This document shows, piece after piece, positions 10,750 through 20,965 of a stretch of DNA of 64,000 bases. Both the position numbers and the translations under genes were made by a program. Within the stretch, counting starts at the first letter, position 1; every line of letters starts with the position of its first letter. The notes beneath the pieces were generated by a model. The model was given only the letters and a program-made list of their open reading frames with translations, was not told the origin of the DNA and did no database searches. The DNA is from an uncultured Candidatus Saccharibacteria bacterium (lineage in GTDB: Bacteria > Patescibacteriota > Minisyncoccia > Phycocordibacterales > Phycocordibacteraceae): positions 326,978 through 390,977 of the forward strand of contig CAYMNZ010000001.1 in the NCBI GenBank assembly GCA_964391975.1, read 5' to 3'.

Positions 10750-11685
10750 ATGAAGAAGCGACTTTTGACTGGACTCCAGCCCTCTGGCGACCTCCACATA
10801 GGCAACTACCTTGGAGCGCTCAAGCCGTACGCGGATATGTACAGTGAGTATGAGAGCTTTCTCATGGTTGTGGACTACCATGCGCTCACCTCGCTTCGGG
10901 ATGCTGATGCGCTTCGCAAGAACACACGGGAAGTAGTGCGCGACTATATTGCGGCGGGTGTTGACCCGAAGGAAGTGGTTATCTTCAAGCAGTCTGATGT
11001 TCCAGCACATACGGAGCTCACTTGGATTTTTGATTGTTTAGTTACCGTTAAGTTCCTCGAGCTCGGACACGCCTACAAGGACAAGGTGGCTAAGGGTCTT
11101 GAGGCAAACGCAGGTCTCTTTACGTACCCAATGCTCATGGCTGCAGACATCCTTCTCTACGACACCGATGTCGTCCCAGTAGGAGAGGACCAGCGTCAAC
11201 ACCTTGAGTATGCGCGCGAGGCTGCAGCAAAGTTCAACAACGCGTACGAGAAGGTGTTCAAGGAGCCTAAAGAGATGATTCTTCCAAACGTTGGAGTGAT
11301 TCCAGGAACTGACGGCAGGAAGATGAGCAAGAGCTATAGCAACACCATCCCACTCTTCGGTTCCAAGGACGAAATTGCTAAGGCGGTTATGAGCATCGTG
11401 ACCGATTCCTCTAAGGACAAGCCAGAGAACGTCTACGCCATTCACAAACTCATCAAGAGCGAGAGCGAGCTCGATGCGTTCTATAAGGAACACAAAGGCA
11501 AATACAAAGCGCTTAAGGAAGGACTTATTGCTGACCTTGATGCGTACATCGCTCCTATGCGCGAGAAGCGTGCATCCATCTCAGACGCCGATGTAACGAA
11601 GGTGCTTCTTGAGGGAGGAGAGAAGGCGAGGGAAGTGAGCGAGGCTAAGATGGCCGTTGTGCGCAAAGCCATAGGCGTTAGATAG
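10750..11685 (+). CDS. trpS: Tryptophan--tRNA ligase
   Basis: TGLQPSGDLHIGNYLG, YPMLMAADIL, VPVGEDQ, KMSKS; start moved to ATG 10750 behind TGGTATAGT. Confidence 0.97.
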   Translation: MKKRLLTGLQPSGDLHIGNYLGALKPYADMYSEYESFLMVVDYHALTSLRDADALRKNTREVVRDYIAAGVDPKEVVIFKQSDVPAHTELTWIFDCLVTVKFLELGHAYKDKVAKGLEANAGLFTYPMLMAADILLYDTDVVPVGEDQRQHLEYAREAAAKFNNAYEKVFKEPKEMILPNVGVIPGTDGRKMSKSYSNTIPLFGSKDEIAKAVMSIVTDSSKDKPENVYAIHKLIKSESELDAFYKEHKGKYKALKEGLIADLDAYIAPMREKRASISDADVTKVLLEGGEKAREVSEAKMAVVRKAIGVR

Positions 11686-11686
11686 C

Positions 11687-12235
11687 ATGCTGACGGTTGT
11701 TACCAGCAGTGCAGACAAGACGCGAGAAATCGCACGCATCCTTGATGCGGAAGTTACGAATGTTGCGCTTGATTTGCCAGAGATACAGTCACTCAGCTAC
11801 GAGGAGGTAGTAGAGGCGAAGGCGCGCGAAGCCTATAGCCGACTCCAGGTTCCTCTTATCGTCGATGATGCTGGCTTCAGTCTCGAAGGATTGAATGGAT
11901 TCCCGGGACCACTCACAAAGTGGCTCTGGCAGGCAGTTGGATGGGAAGGCGTATGCCGCATTGCTGACTCACTCCCGAACCGCAATGCGTCGGTGACGGT
12001 TGCTATCGGTTACTTTGATGGAACTGAGTTCAAGTCCTTCATTGGGGAAGCGAAGGGAACAATGGCTGAACATGCTCGCGGAGAGAACGGCTTCGGTCAT
12101 GACGTTATTTTTGTACACGAGGGTGATTCCCGCACCCGGGCAGAGCTTTCTATCGAGGAGCAGGACGCCCGGCCAATCCGCAGAATGGCCCTTGAGGGAC
12201 TTAAGGCGTATCTCGGAGAACGTGGTAATTTATAG
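11687..12235 (+). CDS. Non-canonical purine NTP pyrophosphatase (Ham1/RdgB family)
   Basis: LPEIQ, DDAG..LNGFPGP, RGENGFG; C-terminal SHR motif replaced by PIR. Confidence 0.88.
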   Translation: MLTVVTSSADKTREIARILDAEVTNVALDLPEIQSLSYEEVVEAKAREAYSRLQVPLIVDDAGFSLEGLNGFPGPLTKWLWQAVGWEGVCRIADSLPNRNASVTVAIGYFDGTEFKSFIGEAKGTMAEHARGENGFGHDVIFVHEGDSRTRAELSIEEQDARPIRRMALEGLKAYLGERGNL

Positions 12236-12240
12236 GGATT

Positions 12241-13551
12241 ATGGAGCGGGTACTCATAGGTGACCTCGGAAGTCATGTAGGCGAGACAGTCCAGATTGCC
12301 GGCTGGATAGACGTCCGCCGCGACCAAGGCAAGATGGTCTTCTTTGATTTCCGCGACCGCAGTGGATTCGTGCAGGGCGTCGTACTTCCAAAGAGCGAGG
12401 CACTCGAAGCAGCTAAAGAAACCCGCCATGAATATGTAGTGGCGGTCACGGGCATTGTGAATAAGCGTCCAGAGAAGAATGCACAGGCAGGAAAACAGAA
12501 CGGAGACATCGAGCTTGAGATTACGGGTATCGAGGTACTCGCCAAGGCGCAGGAGCTTCCATTTGAGAAAGACACCGAGCTCAACATTGATACGCGCTTT
12601 GATTACCGCCCGTTCACGCTCCGGAGCGAACGAGACCGTGACATCTTCTCTATGCAGGCAACCATTGTTGCTGAGTACCGTGCGTCTCTTGCACGCCAGG
12701 GCTTCATGGACTTCCAGGCCCCAGCACTCGTCGGTGGAGATGCCGAAGGAGGTTCTGCCGTCTTCAAAGTGCAGTACTTCAAAGACCAGACGGCCTATCT
12801 TGCAACCAGCCCACAGCTCTACAAGCAGATAATGGTGGGAGCATTTGAACGCGCCTACACCATTGCAAAGATTTTCCGTGCTGAAAAGAGCGCAACGACC
12901 CGCCATCTTTCTGAGCTCACTCAGATGGACTTCGAGATGGGATTCATCAAGGATGAGCGCGACGTCATGGCAGTGCTCGAAACCGTCGTTCGTGATGTCG
13001 TGAATGTTGTTGCAACCAAACATGCAGCTACCTTTGAGCGAATGAAGGTCGCGGTGCCCTCGCTTGGGGAGAAGTTTCCAATACTTACCCTTGAGGAAGC
13101 ACACAAGCAGCTTGGCGTACCTGCTGAGGACGACATGACGCCTGAGCACGAGCGCAATATTTGTGAGTGGGCCCTCAAGGAGCACGGGAGCGATTTCGTA
13201 TTTATCACACGCTTCCCGACAGAGGCACGTGCCTTCTACACGATGTCTGCTGAAGGCAAGCTTTCTAAGGGCTTTGACCTTCTCTTCCGTGGTCTTGAGA
13301 TAAACTCCGGTGCACAGCGTATCCACGATTACGATGAGATGATTGCCCGCATCAAAGAGCGCGGCATGGACCCAGAGAAGTTCTCCTTCTACCTTCAGGC
13401 CTTCAAGTACGGTCTGCCGCCACACGGAGGCTGCTCGACTGGTCTTGAGCGCTTCACCATGAAGATGCTCGACCTCGAGAACGTAAAAGAGGCCTCTGCG
13501 TTCCCACGTGACATGAACCGCATCGACACGCTCCTCTCGAGGAACGATTAA
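12241..13551 (+). CDS. aspS: Aspartate--tRNA ligase, short archaeal/eukaryal type (possibly non-discriminating)
   Basis: N-terminal OB fold, EGGSAVF, LATSPQLYKQ, FRAE..RHLSE, PPHGG..GLER; no GAD insertion. Confidence 0.9.
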   Translation: MERVLIGDLGSHVGETVQIAGWIDVRRDQGKMVFFDFRDRSGFVQGVVLPKSEALEAAKETRHEYVVAVTGIVNKRPEKNAQAGKQNGDIELEITGIEVLAKAQELPFEKDTELNIDTRFDYRPFTLRSERDRDIFSMQATIVAEYRASLARQGFMDFQAPALVGGDAEGGSAVFKVQYFKDQTAYLATSPQLYKQIMVGAFERAYTIAKIFRAEKSATTRHLSELTQMDFEMGFIKDERDVMAVLETVVRDVVNVVATKHAATFERMKVAVPSLGEKFPILTLEEAHKQLGVPAEDDMTPEHERNICEWALKEHGSDFVFITRFPTEARAFYTMSAEGKLSKGFDLLFRGLEINSGAQRIHDYDEMIARIKERGMDPEKFSFYLQAFKYGLPPHGGCSTGLERFTMKMLDLENVKEASAFPRDMNRIDTLLSRND

Positions 13552-13568
13552 TAGCTAGATATACTTCT

Positions 13569-14531
13569 ATGATGAAACTCCAGGAAATGTACGAGCTCGC
13601 AGTCCAAGTCGGTATCGATGCTGACCCACGCGGACGTAAGGGCATCGAGAAATATCTCACACGTCGTCAAACTGAATACGACAACCTTTCCAAACACAAG
13701 CAGGACGAGTTCGACATCGAAAGCCTGAAGCATCCCTACGCTGATTCCCGCATTCTCACCGGGAAGGCTGACATGGAGGTTGATAAGGTCATGGCCGGTA
13801 TCGACATCACCGCTTCTGAGGTAGTGCTTGCTGAAATGCTCAACCAAAAGGGAGCGGGTATTGATGTTCTCATTGCGCACCACCCCATTGGAGCTCCGTA
13901 TGCAGCACTTCACGAAGTGATGGATATGCAGGCAGACAATATGGTGCGTTATGGCGTGCCGGTTAACGTTGCTGAAGGCGTCATGCGCGACCGTATCAAC
14001 GAGGTGGCTCGCAAAATGAGTCCTCGTAACCACAATCAGCCAATTGATGCGGCTCGTCTCCTCGACCTTGCGGTTATGTGTACCCACACCATCACTGACA
14101 ACCTCGTCTTTGATTTCCTTGAGAAGCTCTTTACGGACAAGAGTGCTGAGACCGTGGACGACGTTCTCAAGATTCTCAAGGAGATTCCTGAGTACCAGGA
14201 AGCTATGAAAGGGAAGGCAGGGCCTATGCTCTTTGCAGGCGCTGAGCAGAATCGTGCAGGAAAGATTGCACCGCTTGAAATCACCGGTGGCACCGAAGGC
14301 TCACACATCGCGTACGAGAAACTCTCACAAGCTGGCGTCGGTACGATTATTGCCATGCATGCCTCTGAGGAACACCGTGCAGAGGCCCAGAAGCACCACA
14401 TGAACCTCGTTATTGCAGGCCACATGAGCTCAGACTCTATTGGTATGAACCTTCTCCTCGACCAGTACGAGGCCAAGGGTGTCGAAATTGTTCCGTGCTC
14501 CGGCCTCATTCGCGTGAGCCGTAACAAGTAA
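13569..14531 (+). CDS. Nif3-like dinuclear metal-centre protein
   Basis: AGID, IAHHP, HTITDN, IAMH and AGHMSSD metal-ligand motifs. Confidence 0.8.
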   Translation: MMKLQEMYELAVQVGIDADPRGRKGIEKYLTRRQTEYDNLSKHKQDEFDIESLKHPYADSRILTGKADMEVDKVMAGIDITASEVVLAEMLNQKGAGIDVLIAHHPIGAPYAALHEVMDMQADNMVRYGVPVNVAEGVMRDRINEVARKMSPRNHNQPIDAARLLDLAVMCTHTITDNLVFDFLEKLFTDKSAETVDDVLKILKEIPEYQEAMKGKAGPMLFAGAEQNRAGKIAPLEITGGTEGSHIAYEKLSQAGVGTIIAMHASEEHRAEAQKHHMNLVIAGHMSSDSIGMNLLLDQYEAKGVEIVPCSGLIRVSRNK

Positions 14532-15271
14532 TGGAGCCAGTCACGGACCGCACTCCGTTCACCGTACGCACCCCCGCCTACGAGGGCCCGTTCGCCCTCG
14601 TCCTTGAACTCATAGAGAAGCGAAAGCTCCTCGTGAATGACCTGTCCCTTTCGCAGGTGACGGATGATTTTATAGCGCACGTTAAAGGACAGGCAGAGTT
14701 CCCGATGGAGGATGCAGCGGATTTCATACAGGTTGCCGCAACCTTGCTTCTGATTAAATCGAAGTCCCTCATCCCAGACCTTGAACTCACAGGAGAAGAG
14801 GAGGAGGATGTCGAAGATTTCAAACGCAGGCTCATCATGTATGAGAAGGCGAGAGAAGCCGCTCGTGAGCTTTCACGCATCTACGGCAGACAGGTGATGG
14901 TTCCGGCAGGAGAGCGGGCACCCGAAGTGATGTTCGCGCCAAGCAAGGATGCGACACTTCCTAACCTCGAGAAAGCACTTGCTGATGCGCTTACGGCTCT
15001 TGAAGAAGTAGAGAAGCTTCCAGAAGCGCGCGTGCGACCAATGGTCACGATTGAAGAGATGATGGAGCGCCTGCTTGACCGCGTTCAGAGTAAGCTCTCA
15101 CTCTCGTTCAAAGAGTTCTCAGGCAATACCAAAGAGAAGGTGGAGATTATCGTTTCCTTCTTGGCGCTTCTTGAACTGGTGAAGCAAGGGAACGTTGATG
15201 CTGAGCAAGGAGAACATTTCTCGGACATCCGGATTACGGACCTCACTACTGACGTACCGAAGTACGGCTAA
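14531..15271 (+). CDS. scpA: Segregation and condensation protein A (kleisin)
   Basis: YEGPFALVLELI, AATLLLIKSKSLIP, FLALLELVK..Q.EHFSDI. Confidence 0.93.
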   Translation: MEPVTDRTPFTVRTPAYEGPFALVLELIEKRKLLVNDLSLSQVTDDFIAHVKGQAEFPMEDAADFIQVAATLLLIKSKSLIPDLELTGEEEEDVEDFKRRLIMYEKAREAARELSRIYGRQVMVPAGERAPEVMFAPSKDATLPNLEKALADALTALEEVEKLPEARVRPMVTIEEMMERLLDRVQSKLSLSFKEFSGNTKEKVEIIVSFLALLELVKQGNVDAEQGEHFSDIRITDLTTDVPKYG

Positions 15272-16035
15272 AGAATCACAAAGAAGAATACGAGGGCAAG
15301 AAGGATGCGGTAGATACCGAATGGAATAAACGTGTACTTCCTGATGAAGTCCAGGAAGACCCTGATGACCACCATCGCAACGACGAAGGAAGTGATGAAG
15401 CCGATAGCCAGCAGCCAGAACTCATCCATCGTGAAAGAGTAGGAATTCTTGAGCATGTCATAGCCGGTTGCGGCAGCAATGGTAGGGACTGCAAGCAGGA
15501 AGGAGAACTCAACAACCGCGACGCGGGAGACGCCAACCAGAAGACCGCCGATAATAGAGGCGCCTGAGCGGGAGACACCCGGGATGATGGCAATTGACTG
15601 GGCGAGCCCTATCAAGAAGGCTTGGAGGTAGGTGATGTCCTTCACCGACTTATGAGCATCCTCCTTCTCCTTATGGAAGAGCTCGAGCGCAATGAGGATG
15701 ATGCCGCCGATGACAAAGGAAGCCAGGAGCACCTGCATGTTCTCAAAGAGGTAGTCCTTGATGAATTGGTAGAGCACGAAGCCGATGATTGCCGTCGGGA
15801 TGAAGGCAGCCGCAAGGCGCTTGAGCACTTGAATGTCGAGGAAGGAGCGCCAATAGAGGATGACGACCGCCACAATGGCACCGAGCTGTATGGCCACTTC
15901 GTAGGTCTTGAAAAAATCAGTGACGGGAATGCCAAGAAGGTGGCCGGTCAGTATTAAGTGGCCCGTTGAAGAGACCGGGAGGAACTCAGTAACACCCTCG
16001 ACGATGCCTAGAATGACGCTATCGAGCGGGGTCAT
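15268..16035 (-). CDS. uppP: Undecaprenyl-diphosphatase
   Basis: GIVEGVTEFLPVSSTGH, IQLGA, PGVSRSG, FSFLLAVP; start set at 16035 because TATAAT overlaps the upstream ATG. Confidence 0.96.
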   Translation of the reverse strand: MTPLDSVILGIVEGVTEFLPVSSTGHLILTGHLLGIPVTDFFKTYEVAIQLGAIVAVVILYWRSFLDIQVLKRLAAAFIPTAIIGFVLYQFIKDYLFENMQVLLASFVIGGIILIALELFHKEKEDAHKSVKDITYLQAFLIGLAQSIAIIPGVSRSGASIIGGLLVGVSRVAVVEFSFLLAVPTIAAATGYDMLKNSYSFTMDEFWLLAIGFITSFVVAMVVIRVFLDFIRKYTFIPFGIYRILLALVFFFVIL

Positions 16036-16107
16036 GGTTGCCGCCATTATACATCCCCAGAATCGTGGTTTTACGGCGTCGTACGTGTGCGGTATCCTGA
16101 GTGCACT

Positions 16108-16668
16108 ATGGCCCTCTCTCTGGAATCCCAGCTTGAAGCTCTCCTCTTTGCAGGAGGGGAGCCGCTTCCAAAGAAACGGCTAGCGACGCTTCTCGGCGTA
16201 TCGGTAAGCGACCTCCAGACTGCGGCCGACCGTTTGCGCGAAACGCTTACTGATCGCGGCCTTGCCTTGATTGAAACAAAGGATGAGCTCGACTTGAGAA
16301 CCAGCCCTGAAGCCGCCGGACTCATGAAGAAGCTACGCGAGAGCGAACTGTCGCGTGACCTCGGAAAAGCAGGACTCGAGACCCTGGCTATCGTGCTCTA
16401 CAAGGACGGTGCGACTCGAGGCGACATTGATTGGGTGCGCGGCGTGAACTCTTCAACCGCGCTGCGTTCACTTCTTCTACGTGGACTTATACGCCGCACA
16501 GAAGATTCCACTGACCGTCGTCGTGCGTTCTATGAAGTGACGCCCGAAGCGCTCGCACATCTTTCTGCTGGGAAGGTGAGTGACTTGCCGCGCTACGAGG
16601 AATTTTCTGTAGCACTCACACGTGAAGCAGCAGCACAAACGACCGCAGAAACTCATGGAGACGAATAA
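16108..16668 (+). CDS. scpB: Segregation and condensation protein B
   Basis: LEALLFAGGEP, LETLAIVLYK, IDWVRGVNS, LSDLP-type tail. Confidence 0.94.
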   Translation: MALSLESQLEALLFAGGEPLPKKRLATLLGVSVSDLQTAADRLRETLTDRGLALIETKDELDLRTSPEAAGLMKKLRESELSRDLGKAGLETLAIVLYKDGATRGDIDWVRGVNSSTALRSLLLRGLIRRTEDSTDRRRAFYEVTPEALAHLSAGKVSDLPRYEEFSVALTREAAAQTTAETHGDE

Positions 16669-17608
16669 TTTCAAAGCAGCAATAGACAGCGACCAGTTGC
16701 GCGAACAGCGCGTCCGTACAGCTTTTTTGATTGCCATCGGACTTGCCGCGTTTGTTTCCTTTGTATTCTTTCTTTCACAGCATCCGTTTCCAGACCAAAT
16801 TGCCAAAGAACCGGAACCTGTTGTTTCTACAGTAGACACCTATAAGGACGTGGTGCTCACTGCCAAAGCGGCGATTGTCTTTGACCTTTCAAACGGTCAG
16901 ATGCTCTACGGCAAGAACGAGCAAGCACAGTTGCCGCTTGCTTCGCTCACGAAACTGCTTACGGTCTATGCGGCCGTCGATACGTTTGCTAACAACGATA
17001 CCATTATCATTTCCGCGGAAGCACTTGCGCAAGAAGGAGACACGGGACTTATTGCAGGCGAGCGCTTTACACTTTCTGAACTTGCCCGCTATGCGCTGGT
17101 TGCCTCCTCTAACGATGCGGCTGCTGCAATTTCTGAAGCGGCTGAGAACAAGCGTGCATATTCGGGTGCGACACTCCTCGCAAGCGCTGCTACTGCGGCA
17201 GGACTCACTCAGACCTATGCGGTCAACGGCACCGGACTTGATGAGAGTCTTACGGTCTCAGGAGGGTACGGATCTGCTCACGATGTTGCAGTGCTTTCAG
17301 GAGGGCTCCTTGCGAAAGCCCCAGAAATTGTTGAGGCCACCACCCATTCTTCCGTAACCGTGACCACGCTTGACGGAAGGACCCTGACCCAGAAGAACAC
17401 CAACCAAGAGGTGCCGGCCGTTCCTGGAGCACTTCTTTCAAAGACCGGGTATACGGACCTGGCAGGAGGGAACCTCGCAGTGGTGTTTGATGCAGGAATT
17501 AATCATCCCATTGCGATTGTGGTGCTCGGCTCAACCCGCGAAGGCCGCTTTACGGATGTCGACCGACTGCTTGATGCGACACTTGAGAAGTTCGCGACAA
17601 TGCCATGA
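16655..17608 (+). CDS. D-alanyl-D-alanine carboxypeptidase (peptidase S11)
   Basis: SLTK (SxxK), SSN (SxN) and KTG motifs; N-terminal TM helix. Confidence 0.9.
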   Translation: METNNFKAAIDSDQLREQRVRTAFLIAIGLAAFVSFVFFLSQHPFPDQIAKEPEPVVSTVDTYKDVVLTAKAAIVFDLSNGQMLYGKNEQAQLPLASLTKLLTVYAAVDTFANNDTIIISAEALAQEGDTGLIAGERFTLSELARYALVASSNDAAAAISEAAENKRAYSGATLLASAATAAGLTQTYAVNGTGLDESLTVSGGYGSAHDVAVLSGGLLAKAPEIVEATTHSSVTVTTLDGRTLTQKNTNQEVPAVPGALLSKTGYTDLAGGNLAVVFDAGINHPIAIVVLGSTREGRFTDVDRLLDATLEKFATMP

Positions 17609-18666
17609 TTTTCGACGCCGCACGAGTTCTCATCCCATTTGTTATCGCCTTCGTAATCGGCGTCTCCACTGCTCCGTTACTTACGCACTACCTTTTCCGG
17701 CACAAGGCTTGGAAGAAGCAGGGAGGGAAGGGTAGGGGTATGGGGGACAGCAGCGGCACGCCACTCTTTGATGACCTACACCGGGAACGGGAAGTCTCCA
17801 CCCCTCGCATGGGTGGCATTCTTATTTGGTCAGCGACACTTCTAACCGCTGCACTTCTGTGGATTCTGGCAGGACTTTTCGGCGAGCCCTGGGCACGCTT
17901 TGATTTCGTTGAGCGTGGTCAAACCTGGCTTCCAATCGTTGCGCTCATTGTGGGAGCCCTCGTTGGACTCTTCGACGACATACTTGAGGTGACGCGCAGC
18001 CGCGGTGGGCTGTCACTTCCATGGCGCCTTCTCATGGTGTCGGCTGTGGGACTGTTCGCTGGATGGTGGTTCTTTGCAAAACTCGGTGTGTCCGCAGTTG
18101 GAATTCCGTTCATTGGTCCATTTGAACTTGGCCTTCTGTTCATTCCGTTTTTTATCATTGTGATGCTCGCCATCTATGCCAGTGGCGTCATCGATGGCAT
18201 TGATGGACTTGCCGGTGGTGTCTTCGCCATTATCTTCATGACCTACGCCGGGATTGCCTTTGCACAGTCCCAGTTCGCACTCGCTGCATTCGCTGCGACG
18301 GTTGCAGGAGCTCTGTTTGCTTTCTTATGGTTTAACGTACCTCCCGCGCGATTTTATATGTCAGAGACGGGGAGTATGGCGCTCACGCTTGCCCTTACAG
18401 TGACTGCCTTTTCCACCGACGTGCTGGGAGAGGGAGTTGGTGTCGCGGTGCTGCCAATCATTGCGCTTCCACTTACCGTTACGGTTGCAACCAATGTGCT
18501 TCAGGTTCTGTGGAAAAAACTCTTCAAGCGGAAGCTGTTCCGCATTGCTCCCATTCACCATCACTTTGAAACAATGGGCTGGCCGCCCTACAAGGTTGCT
18601 ATGCGCTATTGGATTATTACCATCATCGCCGGCATCTTCGGACTTGCGGTAGCCCTCCTTAAGTAA
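17605..18666 (+). CDS. mraY: Phospho-N-acetylmuramoyl-pentapeptide transferase
   Basis: TPRMGG, GLFDD, DGIDGLA, FLWFNVPPA and APIHHHFE motifs. Confidence 0.95.
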   Translation: MIFDAARVLIPFVIAFVIGVSTAPLLTHYLFRHKAWKKQGGKGRGMGDSSGTPLFDDLHREREVSTPRMGGILIWSATLLTAALLWILAGLFGEPWARFDFVERGQTWLPIVALIVGALVGLFDDILEVTRSRGGLSLPWRLLMVSAVGLFAGWWFFAKLGVSAVGIPFIGPFELGLLFIPFFIIVMLAIYASGVIDGIDGLAGGVFAIIFMTYAGIAFAQSQFALAAFAATVAGALFAFLWFNVPPARFYMSETGSMALTLALTVTAFSTDVLGEGVGVAVLPIIALPLTVTVATNVLQVLWKKLFKRKLFRIAPIHHHFETMGWPPYKVAMRYWIITIIAGIFGLAVALLK

Positions 18667-18667
18667 C

Positions 18668-19786
18668 ATGTCGTTCACCAAATCGAGCGTCTCAGGGGAT
18701 AGGGTATTCGCTCTCATCGTCCTTGTGCTCGTGGTTGGAGGACTGGCTGCCTTTTCTTCAGCTGCGCTCGGACTCCTCGCACGTCCTGATGGTTCTCCGT
18801 GGAAGCTCGCTCTGACTCAGCTGGTGCTTGGCCTTGCCCCTGGCGTCATTGCGCTCGTTACCATTCGCTTCGCATCTCCTGAGCTCATACGCAAGATGGT
18901 GCTCCCGTTCTTTATAGGGGCGCTCGTACTTACAGCCTGCGTCTTTATTCCTGGACTCGGTGTGACCATCAACGGCGCTACACGCTGGATTGATATTGGC
19001 TTCACGACTATTCAGCCATCTGAATTTCTGAAGATAACGACCGTGCTTATGCTCGCGTCGTATCTTGCGATGGCAAAGAACACGATTCGTGACTTCCGGC
19101 ACGGTTTGCTCCCATTTCTTGCGATTGTAGGCATTCCGTCGCTTCTTCTGCTTGCTCAACCTAATACTTCAACTGTGTTGGTCATTGGCGCGACTGCCGT
19201 TGCACTCTACTTCATTGCCGGAGCTCCCTGGAGGGATTTCGGAATTATTCTTGTGACGGCCATTGTCGGACTCGGCATCCTCGTCATGATGCGTCCGTAC
19301 CTTATGGAGCGCGTGCTCACCTTCATGGACCCAGCACGGGATCCGCTTGCAAGTGGCTACCAGATTCAGCAATCCTTAATTGCCATAGGGTCCGGTGAGT
19401 TACTTGGCCGAGGCTTTGGGCAGAGTGTGCAGAAATTCAATTACTTACCGGAGCCAGTGGGGGACTCCGTGTTTGCGGTCTTTGGGGAGGAGTTCGGGTT
19501 TGTGGGCACGGTGCTCGTCGTGCTTCTGTTCATGGCCTTTGCTGCACGTGGGCTCACCATTGCTGCAACGGCAAGCAACACTTTCGGGGCGTACGCGGCA
19601 ACTGGTCTTACGCTCATCATTACGTTCTCGGCGTTTCTAAATATAGGAGCGATGTTAAGCATATTCCCACTCACTGGGCTTCCGCTGCCGTTTGTCTCGC
19701 ATGGCGGTACGGCTCTTTTAGCGGCGCTCGCGTCGGTAGGAGTCATCCTTAACGTTGCAGCACACCGGACGAAACGCACGAAATAG
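18668..19786 (+). CDS. ftsW: SEDS peptidoglycan polymerase FtsW
   Basis: GATRWI, QPSEFLK, GYQIQQS..AIGSG, YLPE, LPFVSHGG; lies between mraY and murG. Confidence 0.93.
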   Translation: MSFTKSSVSGDRVFALIVLVLVVGGLAAFSSAALGLLARPDGSPWKLALTQLVLGLAPGVIALVTIRFASPELIRKMVLPFFIGALVLTACVFIPGLGVTINGATRWIDIGFTTIQPSEFLKITTVLMLASYLAMAKNTIRDFRHGLLPFLAIVGIPSLLLLAQPNTSTVLVIGATAVALYFIAGAPWRDFGIILVTAIVGLGILVMMRPYLMERVLTFMDPARDPLASGYQIQQSLIAIGSGELLGRGFGQSVQKFNYLPEPVGDSVFAVFGEEFGFVGTVLVVLLFMAFAARGLTIAATASNTFGAYAATGLTLIITFSAFLNIGAMLSIFPLTGLPLPFVSHGGTALLAALASVGVILNVAAHRTKRTK

Positions 19787-19810
19787 GGGTGGTATGCTAT
19801 TTTTTAACGT

Positions 19811-20965
19811 ATGAAAGTCGTGTTCACAGGGGGCGGGACTGGGGGTCACTTTTATCCCATCATTGCAATCGCGGAGTCTATCCGTGACAAAGTTCGTGAC
19901 CGCCATCTCTTGGCGCCACGGATGTACTACATCTCACCGACGGCGTATGACCCAGAGGCGCTCTTTGAAAACGAGATTGAGTTCATCAAGTGCCCAGCAG
20001 GGAAGATGCGACGGTATTTCTCGTTCCTTAACGTTACCGACTGGTTTGTGACCGCGCTTGGTATTGCGTGGTCCTTCCTCACACTCTTGCGTATTTACCC
20101 GGACGTTGTGGTCTCCAAGGGAGGGTACGCGAGTGTTCCTACGGTGCTTGCCGCTGCAGTGCTTGGCATTCCCATTCTTGTACACGAGTCCGATGCAAAA
20201 CCGGGGAGGGCGAATCTGCTCGCCGCTCGCTTTGCGTATCGCATTGGCATTGCCTTTGATAGCGCCGCTCAGTATTTCCCAAAGAATGCGCAAAAGAAAA
20301 TTGCACGCACTGGTATTCCGGTCCGCAAGGACCTTATGAAACTTGAGAAGGAGGGCGCGCACCAGTACCTCGACCTCGACCCGGGCGTTCCTACCATCCT
20401 CGTCCTCGGAGGTTCAAGTGGCTCTCTGCGCATGAACGAGACCTTGCTTGCCTCGCTTCCGGAACTTGTCGAGCTTGGAAACGTCATCCATCAAACAGGT
20501 AAAGACCATTTCAAGAGTATGGAGAAGACGGCTCCTGTTGCACTGACTGCAAGCAAGCACGCCAGTCGTTATCATCCGTTCCCCTACCTCTCGGCTCTTT
20601 CACTTCGCCGCGCAGCAGGAGCAGCCAATCTGATTATTTCAAGGGCAGGGGCAACTGCCATTACTGAAATCGCTATTTGGGGGATTCCCGCAATCTTGGT
20701 CCCTATACCTGAGGAGATTAGTCACGACCAGCGCACCAATGCGTACTCCTACGCACACAGCGGCGCAGCGATTGTTATTGAGGAAGAGAACCTCTCGCCA
20801 CACGTACTTGTCTCCGAGTGCCGTCGCCTTCTTACCGACAAAGCACTTGCAGAGGATATGCACGCTAAGAGTATTGGGTTTGCGATTCGAGACGCCGCTG
20901 ACATCATCGCAGAAGAGGTGCTCTCCGTAGCGCTCTCTCACGAAGAGCCACTTAAGACCTCATGA
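19811..20965 (+). CDS. murG: MurG GlcNAc transferase
   Basis: GGGTGGH, KGGYASVP, HESD, GGSSG, SRAGA, DQRTNA. Confidence 0.96.
   Translation: MKVVFTGGGTGGHFYPIIAIAESIRDKVRDRHLLAPRMYYISPTAYDPEALFENEIEFIKCPAGKMRRYFSFLNVTDWFVTALGIAWSFLTLLRIYPDVVVSKGGYASVPTVLAAAVLGIPILVHESDAKPGRANLLAARFAYRIGIAFDSAAQYFPKNAQKKIARTGIPVRKDLMKLEKEGAHQYLDLDPGVPTILVLGGSSGSLRMNETLLASLPELVELGNVIHQTGKDHFKSMEKTAPVALTASKHASRYHPFPYLSALSLRRAAGAANLIISRAGATAITEIAIWGIPAILVPIPEEISHDQRTNAYSYAHSGAAIVIEEENLSPHVLVSECRRLLTDKALAEDMHAKSIGFAIRDAADIIAEEVLSVALSHEEPLKTS

Noticed and set aside
12097-13425. 442-aa antisense ORF over aspS, and similar shadow ORFs over the P-type ATPase, lysS, mreB and cysS
   Set aside because: They lie wholly opposite clear conserved genes, show no motifs, and are expected from codon bias that leaves few antisense stops
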